From: Mucisphaera calidilacus
Lineage (GTDB): Bacteria; Planctomycetota; Phycisphaerae; Phycisphaerales; Phycisphaeraceae
NCBI RefSeq assembly: GCF_007748075.1
Contig: NZ_CP036280.1
Coordinates: 30,001-62,000, forward strand
DNA length: 32,000 nt
Direction of reading: 5' to 3'
The notes beneath the pieces were generated by a model. The model saw only the letters and a program-made list of their open reading frames with translations. It did no database searches and was not told the DNA's origin. Shown piece by piece: positions 9,362 through 17,041 of the stretch. Both the position numbers and the translations under genes were made by a program. Position 1 is the first letter of the stretch, and each line of letters starts with the position of its first letter.

Positions 9362-10627
9362 TTAAGTCAGGTCATCGTCGGGCAGGCTCATCGATAACGC
9401 GTCCGCGCTCGCCGGCCGATCGCCCGGTTCCTTGGCCAGCATCCGCAGCAGTGCAGCGGCGACCGCCCCCGGGATCTCCGCCACAAGCTCGCGCGGGTCC
9501 CGCGCTTCACGATCGAGAATCCCCTCGCGGATCGCCTCAGGCGTCTCCGCCGCAAACGGGTGCTCGCCCGTGAGTAACTCATATCCCACCAGCCCCAGGC
9601 TGAACAGGTCCGACGCCTCGGTCAGCGCCTCCCGCCGGATCTGCTCCGGCGCCATGTACCGAGGCGTCCCCGCGAAGGCCTCGGGCAGCACGCCCTCGCC
9701 CTCGAAGACCGACACCATCGCCAGACCAAAGTCCACCAGCCGGGCCCGGTAGCTCCCGTCGCCGTTGGTCTCCACCATGATGTTCTCGGGCTTGATGTCC
9801 CGGTGGATCACGCCACGCTCGTGCGCCCGTGCCAACGCATCACACGTCTGCTCCAGCACGTCCATCCGGCAGGCCAGGTCCGGCGCGGGATCACGACGCA
9901 GCCGCGACCGCAGCGTCTCGCCGAGCACACACTCCATCACGATGTAGTACACGCCGTGGTAGACGCCCGAATCCAGCAGCTGCGCGATCCCCGGGTGATC
10001 CAGACGGCCCAGCGCACGGACCTCCGCGCGAAAATGCTCGTCACACGCGCGCCGGTCCGCCGCCGACGGAGGCGACAAGAATTTCAACACCACCGGCTCG
10101 TGCGTCCGCACCCGCTCCGAGAGGTAAACCCGGCTGAACCCGCCCGACGCCAGCACCTGCATCAGCCGGTACCGCCCGTCCACGATCCGGTCGATCGCCA
10201 CCTCGGGCAGGCCGGGGGTCTCGGCAGCGACGCCGCCGGGCATGCCCTGAAGAACCGGCGTCACCGTCGCGTCCGACGTCTTGTCGCCGCCCTCACCAGG
10301 ATCCTCCTGGATCGATCCCGAGTCGCTCTGCGGGTTCGCCTCGTACCGGCTCACCGCCACCGACACGATCTCCGCCGGGTCCGGCGTTTCCTCACGCGTC
10401 GGCTCATCCGAACCCGACACCGCCCCCTCAACGCCCATCGCCGCCTCGGCCCTGGCCAGCACGTCGCGCAGCACCACCTCACGCGTCGCCTTCACACGCT
10501 CGAGCGCCTGCTCGTGGGTGATCGGCTCGCCCGCCAGCCGACGCTCGAGCAGGCAGGCGTAGACCGCCGCGGTTAACGCGTCCGCGTCCCCCAGACCCGC
10601 CCGCAGTTCGTGCCCGTCATCCGACAA
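9362..10627 (-). CDS. Hanks-type serine/threonine protein kinase, soluble, with a ~140-aa non-kinase N-terminal region
   Basis: TTG start at 10627 with GGGAG 8 nt upstream. Kinase motifs LASGGFSRVY, VVLKFL, HRDIKPENIM, DFGLAM and GTPRYMAPEQ. No TM segment is visible. Confidence 0.85.
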   Translation of the reverse strand: MSDDGHELRAGLGDADALTAAVYACLLERRLAGEPITHEQALERVKATREVVLRDVLARAEAAMGVEGAVSGSDEPTREETPDPAEIVSVAVSRYEANPQSDSGSIQEDPGEGGDKTSDATVTPVLQGMPGGVAAETPGLPEVAIDRIVDGRYRLMQVLASGGFSRVYLSERVRTHEPVVLKFLSPPSAADRRACDEHFRAEVRALGRLDHPGIAQLLDSGVYHGVYYIVMECVLGETLRSRLRRDPAPDLACRMDVLEQTCDALARAHERGVIHRDIKPENIMVETNGDGSYRARLVDFGLAMVSVFEGEGVLPEAFAGTPRYMAPEQIRREALTEASDLFSLGLVGYELLTGEHPFAAETPEAIREGILDREARDPRELVAEIPGAVAAALLRMLAKEPGDRPASADALSMSLPDDDLT

Positions 10628-10671
10628 TCACACAGCTCCCGTCAGTGCCGCTCCCGCCCAGATACACCAAT

Positions 10672-12417
10672 TTATCTTAGCAACCGCTCCCAGAGAACCA
10701 CCGCGTAGCCGCGATTCGGGTAGGCCTGCCCGTCAAAACGACGGTATCCCCGTGACACCATCACCCGCGCGTAAGCCCCGTCGTCCCGCGCCACCACCAG
10801 CCGGTCCGTCCCGAGGTCCTCCTCACCAATCACCCGCACCCGCCGTCGGCCGAAGAGCATCACCTTCTCGTCAGGCGGGTTGGCCTTCACCCCTTCGCCC
10901 CCCAGCGACAGCCAGACGATCGGCCCTGCTTCCACCACGGACCCCAGCACGAGACCCGTCCGCCGGACCGGGTCTGCCGCCCTCGCGTCACTCGGCAGAT
11001 AAGCCAGCCAGTAGGCCGGCAGCAACGCCCCCGCCCACAGGCCCGTCGCCACCGCCAGCCCCGTTGCCGATCCCCGCCAGTCCCGCGCCACCACCCGCCA
11101 GCCGAGTACCACCGCCAACCCCACCAGCGCCCAGACGCCCATCGCCCCGGCCATCGGATAGACCAGCCCCCACCCCGACACGCCAACCACCAGCAGCACC
11201 GTCACCACCGCTACCAGCGCCCTGTGCAGCCCCGTCAGCACCCTGGTCCACCGCTCGGGCCGGCCGCGCCGCGCCGACCGGTCGTAACCCGTCACCAGCA
11301 GGCCGATCAGCACCGCCGCCGCGGGCAGCACCGGCAGGATGTAGCGCTGCTGCTTCGCCTCCGGGATCGACATCACCACCACCATCACCACCAGCCACCA
11401 CCACGCCAGCCATATCCCGCGCCGCGACCGCACCGGGCCCGCACCGCGACGCAGCCACGGGTGCACCAGACCCGCCACCAGCCAGACCGTCCAGGGCAGC
11501 ATGAGCGCCACCACGCCGAGGTACGTCCACGCCGGCGACGCCGACGGCCGATCCGCCGCGTACTCCCGGGCCAGCGCCGCGCCCGCGTCCGACACCGCCC
11601 CCATCAGATACCCGTACCAGGGCAGTGCCACCGCCGAGCCCACGACCACCAGCACCAGCAGCACGACCGCGATGCGCAGCCACCGCCTGCGCCCCACCAC
11701 CGCCGCCGCGACCACCATCGGAACCGCCACCATCGCCAATGCGATCGGCCCCTTGCTCAGCCACGCAAGTCCCACGCACACGCCGCCGAGTGCAACCAGC
11801 CCGCCGGTCCGCCATCCCTGCCCCGATCCTGTTCGCAGCAGGCGCGCCGCCGCCAGCGCAAACGCCAGCCCCAGCGCGGCAAACGCCGCGAGGTAGATGT
11901 CATACGAGGCGATCCGCCCCCACCGCTGCACGACGAGGCTCGTCCCGAGGCTCATGCCCGCCACCGTCCCCGCGCCCACGCCCCCGAGCAGCACGCCGAT
12001 CCCGTATGTCCCGGCCAGCAGCACCAGCGTCATCCCGACCGCCACCCACCGGGCCCGGTCCATCAGCACCAACGCGTCCACCCGCTCCGCGTCCAGCCCC
12101 AGCCACGCCAGCCGCGTCGCCCAGACCGTCAGAGGCGGTTTCGCCAGCCTCGGCTCCCCCCCGAAGTATGGCAGCAGGTACCGCTCCCATCCCTCCGCTG
12201 CCTCCACGTCCCGAACCCCCGCGGCCCGGCGCCAGGTCTCGTCCGCCGTGATCACCACCCGACGCTCCATGTGATGCGTCGCCTCCCTCGGCGCCACGAC
12301 CCCAGCCACCAGCCCCGGCAGGCTCACCACCAGCACCAGCAACAGCCCCTGAACCAACCCCTTTGGGGCCGAGCCGCGAGGCGAGCGGGGTGTCAGGGGG
12401 TTCTCATCGACCTGCAT
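10672..12417 (-). CDS. Polytopic membrane glycosyltransferase, GT-C fold (family 39 / ArnT-PMT-like)
   Basis: The 581-aa protein has many TM helices. The N-terminal loop YFGGEPRLAKPPLTVWATRLAWLG is the typical ArnT/PMT_2 first periplasmic loop. ATG start at 12417. Confidence 0.75.
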   Translation of the reverse strand: MQVDENPLTPRSPRGSAPKGLVQGLLLVLVVSLPGLVAGVVAPREATHHMERRVVITADETWRRAAGVRDVEAAEGWERYLLPYFGGEPRLAKPPLTVWATRLAWLGLDAERVDALVLMDRARWVAVGMTLVLLAGTYGIGVLLGGVGAGTVAGMSLGTSLVVQRWGRIASYDIYLAAFAALGLAFALAAARLLRTGSGQGWRTGGLVALGGVCVGLAWLSKGPIALAMVAVPMVVAAAVVGRRRWLRIAVVLLVLVVVGSAVALPWYGYLMGAVSDAGAALAREYAADRPSASPAWTYLGVVALMLPWTVWLVAGLVHPWLRRGAGPVRSRRGIWLAWWWLVVMVVVMSIPEAKQQRYILPVLPAAAVLIGLLVTGYDRSARRGRPERWTRVLTGLHRALVAVVTVLLVVGVSGWGLVYPMAGAMGVWALVGLAVVLGWRVVARDWRGSATGLAVATGLWAGALLPAYWLAYLPSDARAADPVRRTGLVLGSVVEAGPIVWLSLGGEGVKANPPDEKVMLFGRRRVRVIGEEDLGTDRLVVARDDGAYARVMVSRGYRRFDGQAYPNRGYAVVLWERLLR

Positions 12418-12426
12418 CCCACCACC

Positions 12427-12777
12427 CTAACGCCACCGTTTGGTCGGCGCAATCTTCCGATCCCACTCCACCTCCGGGTCCCGCGCAAACGTCCGGTCCG
12501 CCTGCTGGATGCAGTCCCAGCAGATCACCGCGGCCCCCTCACGCCCCTCGATGCCTTCGTCCCCCCGCCAGACGCGCATCCCCGGCTCACGCTCCTGCAG
12601 GCACATCGTGCAGGCCACCGCCGTCTCGGTCTCCGTGGCCTCCTCGACCGCCCGTGCCAGCGCCGGCAGCGAGATCACCGAGCCCTTATGCCCCTCGATC
12701 ATCGGCGATTCGCCGTCCCAGTCCTCCCCCGTAAAGTCGCACGCGATCACCACCATGCCGTCTTCCATCCGCTGCAT
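12427..12777 (-). CDS. Small cytoplasmic CxxC...CxxC zinc-ribbon protein, function unknown
   Basis: Lies in tracked ORF 12427..12822. ATG 12777 is preceded by GGAAGGA (12790-12784) at 6-nt spacing. Amino-acid composition is balanced, unlike the Ser/Pro/Arg-rich opposite-strand frame. Cys pairs CTMC and CWDC are 26 residues apart. The stop lies 9 nt before the GT39 start. Confidence 0.55.
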   Translation of the reverse strand: MQRMEDGMVVIACDFTGEDWDGESPMIEGHKGSVISLPALARAVEEATETETAVACTMCLQEREPGMRVWRGDEGIEGREGAAVICWDCIQQADRTFARDPEVEWDRKIAPTKRWR

Positions 12778-12800
12778 CCTAGATCCTTCCAATTTACTGC

Positions 12801-12830
12801 TTGACTGCCCGACACTCCCCATCCTATCTT
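12801..12830 (+). promoter_or_regulatory. Candidate sigma-70-type promoter (-35 TTGACT, -10 TATCTT) for the HYExAFE-like gene
   Basis: TTGACT at 12801-12806 and TATCTT at 12825-12830 with an 18-nt spacer, in a locally AT-richer patch of a very GC-rich window. The predicted start site falls at about GTG 12837. This is pattern only. Confidence 0.25.
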
Positions 12831-12836
12831 CCAGGC

Positions 12837-13370
12837 GTGGTCCTCCGCCATCACCCCGACGACTGCGCCTTCGAGCACTTCCTCCGCTCCGCCGGACTCC
12901 CCTACGTCGCCGTCGACGAGGCCAAACGCTCCCTCTGCACCGCGCCCGACCTCGCCGATCGCGACCGCCTCGACGCCCTGAAGAACTTCGATTTCGTCGT
13001 CTACAGCCCCGCCGGCCCCAACCTGCTCATCGACGTCAAGGGCCGCTCCGCCGCCCGCAGCATCGCCACCGGCGCCTGGGTCTCCCACGACGACATCGAC
13101 TCGCTCACCCGCTGGCAGGCGCTCTTCGGCACCGGTTTTCAGGCAGCCTTCGTCTTCCTCCACCACTGGCCCGACGTCCCCGCCGACGGCCTCTTCCGCG
13201 AGGTCTTCGAGCACCGCGGCCGCTGGTACGCCCCCGCCCTCGTCACCCTCGAGGACTTCACCGCCGCCATGCGGATCCGTTCCGCCCGCTGGAACACCCT
13301 CCACCTCCGCGCCGCCGACTACAACCGCCTCGCCCACCCCCTCGCCCGCTACCTCAGCACCCGCAACTGA
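12837..13370 (+). CDS. HYExAFE-like protein with PD-(D/E)xK nuclease-type motifs
   Basis: Lies in tracked ORF 12801..13370 (alternative TTG start at 12801). N-terminal HHPDDCAFEHFLRSAGLPYVAVDEAKR and central NFDFVVYSPAGPNLLIDVKGR give an E...D...DxK arrangement. Composition is protein-like. Confidence 0.6.
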   Translation: MVLRHHPDDCAFEHFLRSAGLPYVAVDEAKRSLCTAPDLADRDRLDALKNFDFVVYSPAGPNLLIDVKGRSAARSIATGAWVSHDDIDSLTRWQALFGTGFQAAFVFLHHWPDVPADGLFREVFEHRGRWYAPALVTLEDFTAAMRIRSARWNTLHLRAADYNRLAHPLARYLSTRN

Positions 13371-13376
13371 CATCCA

Positions 13377-13429
13377 CCCCGCCCCCGGACCCCCGGACCC
13401 CCGGACCCCCGGCCCCCGGAAGCCCCCCC
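13377..13429. repeat. C-tract tandem repeat: CCCCCGGA x3, then CCCCCGG, CCCCCGGA, plus flanking C4 and C7 runs
   Basis: Read directly: seven C runs of 4 or more nt (13377-80, 13382-86, 13390-94, 13398-402, 13406-10, 13413-17, 13423-29) separated by 1-5 nt. It is intergenic, between stop 13370 and the ileS start at 13529. Confidence 0.9.
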
Positions 13430-13528
13430 GAACGCCGCCGGATGGCCCCTACGCCCTCCTGCGCCCACGTTTCTATACTGTGCGGTTCACTCCAGAACCC
13501 GCTCCCCAACCCGAAACGACCCCCCCTC

Positions 13529-16345
13529 ATGGCCGAAGAGACGAAAAAAACCTATCGCCCGACCCTGAATCTCCCCAAGACCCCCTTCGCCATGCGCGCC
13601 AACCTCGTCCAGAACGAGCCGCAGTCCGTCAAACGCTGGGCCGCCGACGACCTCTACGCCCGGCTCCGCGAGGCCCGCAAGGACGCCCCAGCCTACGTCT
13701 TCCACGACGGCCCGCCCTACGCCAACGGCTCGATCCACCTCGGCCACCTGCTCAACAAGGTCCTCAAGGACATCATCGTCCGCTCGCGCTCCATGATGGG
13801 CTTCAACTGCCCCTACACCCCCGGCTGGGACTGCCACGGCCTGCCCATCGAGCACCGCGTCATGCAGGACCTCGGCCCCAGGGCCCGCGAGATGTCGCCG
13901 CTCGACATCCGCCGCCAGTGCAAGAAATACGCCGAGAAACACGTCAAGACCCAGAAACAGCAGATGCTCCGCCTGCTGACGCTCGCCGACTACGACGACC
14001 CCTACCTCACCATGCTCCCCAGGTACGAGCAGGGCGTGCTCCGGGTCTTCGCCGACCTCGTCGCCAAGGGCCTGGTCTACCGCCAGCTCAAGCCCGTGCA
14101 CTGGTCGGTCTCCAACCGCACCGCGCTCGCCGAGGCCGAACTCGAGTACTACGACCGCGAAGACCACTCCATCTACGTCCTCTTCCCGCGGTCCGACGCC
14201 GACGCCCGCCCGGGCGAGCACGTCATGATCTGGACCACGACGCCCTGGACCCTCCCCGCCAACCTCGCCGTCGCCGCCTCACCCCGAGCCGAGTATGGCC
14301 GATACGCCCTCGACAACGTCCGCTCCGTCTGGCTCGCCACCGACCTCGCCCAGAAAGTCCTCGCCGCCGGCGGCATGAGCGACGCCGTCGCCACCGCCGA
14401 GCCGCTCGAGATCCGCAAGGGCGAAGACCTCCGCGGCATGACCTACACCCACCCCTTCCTCGACGACCGGACAACCCGGCCCGTCGTCACCGCCGAGTAC
14501 GTCACCCTCGAGGACGGCACCGGGCTCGTCCACACCGCGCCCGGCCACGGCTCCGAGGACTACCAGACCGGACTCCGCGAGAAACTCGACATCTACTGCC
14601 CCGTCCTCGAAGACGGCACCTTCGACGACACCGCGCCCGACTGGCTGACCGGCCGCAAGATCTGGGACGCCAACCCGCTCGTCCTCGACAAACTCAACGC
14701 CTCCGGCCACCTCTTCCACAACCACACCTTCACCCACAGCTACCCCCACGACTGGCGCGGCAAACAGCCGGTGATCTTCCGCGCCACCGAACAGTGGTTC
14801 ATCGCGGTCGACAACGCCTTCGACAACGGGCCCAGCCTCCGCGACCGCGCCCTCGCCGAGACCGCCGACAAGGTCAACTTCCTCCCCGGCTGGGGCCGCA
14901 ACCGCATGCGCGGCATGCTCGAATCCCGGCCCGACTGGTGCGTCTCCCGCCAGCGATCCTGGGGCCTGCCCATCCCCGCCATCTTCCCCCCCGAGGGCGT
15001 CGACGGGCCGCCGCTGCTCACCCCCGCCTCCGTCGCCGCCGTCGCCGACTGCTTCGCGCAGCACGGCTCCGACGCCTGGTACAAGGCCTCCCCCGCCGAC
15101 CTGCTCGACACCTGGGACCCCGCCGCCGACCCCGACGCCCCCGCATGGGCCGCCAACCCCGACCACGTCGCCAACGCCCGCAAGGGTGGCGACACCTTCG
15201 ACGTCTGGTTCGAGTCCGGCTCCTCCTGGAACGCCGTGATGCGCCACGGCTGGAAAGACAAGCAGACCGACACCAGCTACCCGACCGACCTCTACCTCGA
15301 GGGCTCCGATCAGCACCGCGGCTGGTTCCAGCACTCCCTGCTCCCCGCCCTCGCCGTCACCGGCCAGCCGCCCTTCAGGACCGTCCTCACCCACGGCTTC
15401 ATGGTCGACAAGGACGGCAAAAAAATGTCCAAGTCGCTCGGCAACACCATCGAGGTCGAGGACCTCATGAAGAAGCTCGGCGCCGACGTCGCACGCTGGT
15501 GGGTTGCCTCCCTCAACACCGACAACGACATCAAGGTCGACTGGGCCTACTTCGAGACCGCAGGCGACGAGTACCGCAAGCTCCGCAACACCCTGCGCTT
15601 CCTCCTCGGATCGCTGCCCGACGCAGCAACAACGACGGCATCGCCCGAGATCCCCGACGGATCCATCGACGCCTGGGCCCTCGCCGAGCACAACAAGGTC
15701 CTCGCCCAGGCCCGCGACCACTACGACCGCCACGCCTACCGCCCCCTCACCCGACTGCTCTTCAACTACTGCAACGAGACCCTCTCGGCCGTCTACCTCG
15801 CCGCGGTCAAGGACCGGCTCTACTGCGACGCCGACGACTCCCCCCGCCGCCAACGCACCGAGCACGTCATGGGCACCATCGCACGCGACCTCGTCCGCCT
15901 GCTCGCCCCCATCCTCCCCCACACCGCCGACGAGGCCCACCACGCCCTCGAGGGCAAGGAGGCCGACTCCGTCCACCTCGAAACCCTCGCCGAGCCGACC
16001 GACACCCCCGCCCACCCCGGCTGGGACCACGTCATGACCCAACGCGAGCTCTGGCTCAAGGCCATCGAGACCGCGCGCCAGCAGCGATCCCTCGACAACC
16101 CCCTCGACCTCGGCCTCACCGTGCCCGACCCGGACAACAGCCTCGCGCCCTTCGACCCCGTCGACCTCGCCGACCTCTGTGGCGTCTCGCGCTTCGCCAC
16201 CCACGCCGGGAACGAGATCGACGTCGCCGACCTCTCCGGCCAGCCGCGCTGCGAACGATCCTGGAAACGCGACGGCACCGTCCGCGAACGCTCCGACGGC
16301 GGGCTCCTCTCCGACCGCGACGCCGCCGCGCTCGGCCTCGACTGA
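13529..16345 (+). CDS. ileS: Isoleucine--tRNA ligase (type 1, bacterial)
   Basis: Lies in tracked ORF 12440..16345. Homology begins at ATG 13529 (MAEETKKTYRPTLNLPKTPFAMRANL, compared with E. coli MSDYKSTLNLPETGFPMRG). HIGH motif PPYANGSIHLGHLLNK. KMSKS motif KKMSKSLGN. DWCVSRQRSWGLPIP is also present. Confidence 0.95.
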   Translation: MAEETKKTYRPTLNLPKTPFAMRANLVQNEPQSVKRWAADDLYARLREARKDAPAYVFHDGPPYANGSIHLGHLLNKVLKDIIVRSRSMMGFNCPYTPGWDCHGLPIEHRVMQDLGPRAREMSPLDIRRQCKKYAEKHVKTQKQQMLRLLTLADYDDPYLTMLPRYEQGVLRVFADLVAKGLVYRQLKPVHWSVSNRTALAEAELEYYDREDHSIYVLFPRSDADARPGEHVMIWTTTPWTLPANLAVAASPRAEYGRYALDNVRSVWLATDLAQKVLAAGGMSDAVATAEPLEIRKGEDLRGMTYTHPFLDDRTTRPVVTAEYVTLEDGTGLVHTAPGHGSEDYQTGLREKLDIYCPVLEDGTFDDTAPDWLTGRKIWDANPLVLDKLNASGHLFHNHTFTHSYPHDWRGKQPVIFRATEQWFIAVDNAFDNGPSLRDRALAETADKVNFLPGWGRNRMRGMLESRPDWCVSRQRSWGLPIPAIFPPEGVDGPPLLTPASVAAVADCFAQHGSDAWYKASPADLLDTWDPAADPDAPAWAANPDHVANARKGGDTFDVWFESGSSWNAVMRHGWKDKQTDTSYPTDLYLEGSDQHRGWFQHSLLPALAVTGQPPFRTVLTHGFMVDKDGKKMSKSLGNTIEVEDLMKKLGADVARWWVASLNTDNDIKVDWAYFETAGDEYRKLRNTLRFLLGSLPDAATTTASPEIPDGSIDAWALAEHNKVLAQARDHYDRHAYRPLTRLLFNYCNETLSAVYLAAVKDRLYCDADDSPRRQRTEHVMGTIARDLVRLLAPILPHTADEAHHALEGKEADSVHLETLAEPTDTPAHPGWDHVMTQRELWLKAIETARQQRSLDNPLDLGLTVPDPDNSLAPFDPVDLADLCGVSRFATHAGNEIDVADLSGQPRCERSWKRDGTVRERSDGGLLSDRDAAALGLD

Positions 16346-16444
16346 CCCCCACCCCCGCCCAACCCGCACAACCCCACCACGCGCCACCGCTTCACGTCCG
16401 CGCGAGGTTATCTCGCACCTGCGCTTGACCGATCTCAGCGGTAG

Positions 16445-17041
16445 ATGGACAACCCCGTCACCGAACAACGCATCCTCGCCGCCTTCGACGTCAGCGAGGT
16501 CCGGCTCAACGAGGTCGACACCGCCATCGCCTTCGCCGGCGGCGCCGCCGAGCACCACGCCGCCTGGGCGCTCCGCCACCACTTCAGCGTCCTCGCACGC
16601 TTCAACAAACGCATCGTCGGGGCCGCGCTCTACTTCGACACCGGCATGGGCAAGCCCAGCCTCGAAGTCCGCCTGCAGCACGGCACCCCCGACAGCGAAC
16701 TCTCCGACGAACAACGCGACGTCCTGCGACGACTCGCCTCCGTCCTCGTCGACAAGGCCCTGCTCAAGCTCCACTCCGCCGGCATCGTCCGCTTCGCCAT
16801 CACCGCCGCCGGACGCACCGACCCCGGACGCTTCTGGGCCGACACCAACTGGCTCGGACAGCACCACCACCAGCCCGCCACCGACCACGACCCCGGCATC
16901 ATCGAAGACCTCTTCACGAGCGACGAGCCCGCGGAATCCGTGAAGCCGCAGGCCGATGACGCCGATCAACAAGAGTCGACCCCGACCGACGAGACCGACA
17001 CGCCCGCCGCCGCCGCCGAAACGACCGGAGCCGCAGCATGA
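16445..17041 (+). CDS. Hypothetical protein: possible degenerate GNAT-like core plus acidic Thr/Ala-rich tail
   Basis: ATG 16445. Its stop overlaps the next start (ATGA at 17038-17041). The core RIVGAALYF...SLEVRL...RRLASVLVDKALLKLHSAGIVRFAITAAGRTDPGRFWADTNW resembles GNAT strands and helices but lacks the Q/RxxGxG/A loop. No firm motif found. Confidence 0.5.
   Translation: MDNPVTEQRILAAFDVSEVRLNEVDTAIAFAGGAAEHHAAWALRHHFSVLARFNKRIVGAALYFDTGMGKPSLEVRLQHGTPDSELSDEQRDVLRRLASVLVDKALLKLHSAGIVRFAITAAGRTDPGRFWADTNWLGQHHHQPATDHDPGIIEDLFTSDEPAESVKPQADDADQQESTPTDETDTPAAAAETTGAAA

Noticed and set aside
10752-12804. Pro/Arg/Ala-rich ORFs on the plus strand opposite the GT39 gene (for example 10752..11504, 11224..12804, 11625..12251)
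   Set aside because: They are low-complexity and lack motifs. The minus-strand frame encodes a coherent multi-TM protein with the ArnT/PMT loop.
13382-13420. The 8-nt tandem repeat considered as a CRISPR-like or coding repeat
   Set aside because: The units are contiguous with no spacers and are far too short for CRISPR. The 8-nt period is not a multiple of three, and the tract lies between two well-defined genes.
12440-13528. 363-codon N-terminal extension of the ileS ORF (tracked as 12440..16345, 1301 aa)
   Set aside because: The extension is Ser/Pro/Arg-rich. It runs antisense through the zinc-ribbon gene and out of frame through the HYExAFE-like gene. IleRS homology starts exactly at ATG 13529.
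13480-16972. Very long alternative-frame ORFs over ileS (13480..16428 plus strand, 982 aa; 14279..16972 minus strand, 897 aa)
   Set aside because: They are Arg/Pro- or Gly/Val-rich translations without motifs. They are shadows of a gene whose own frame carries the HIGH and KMSKS signatures.
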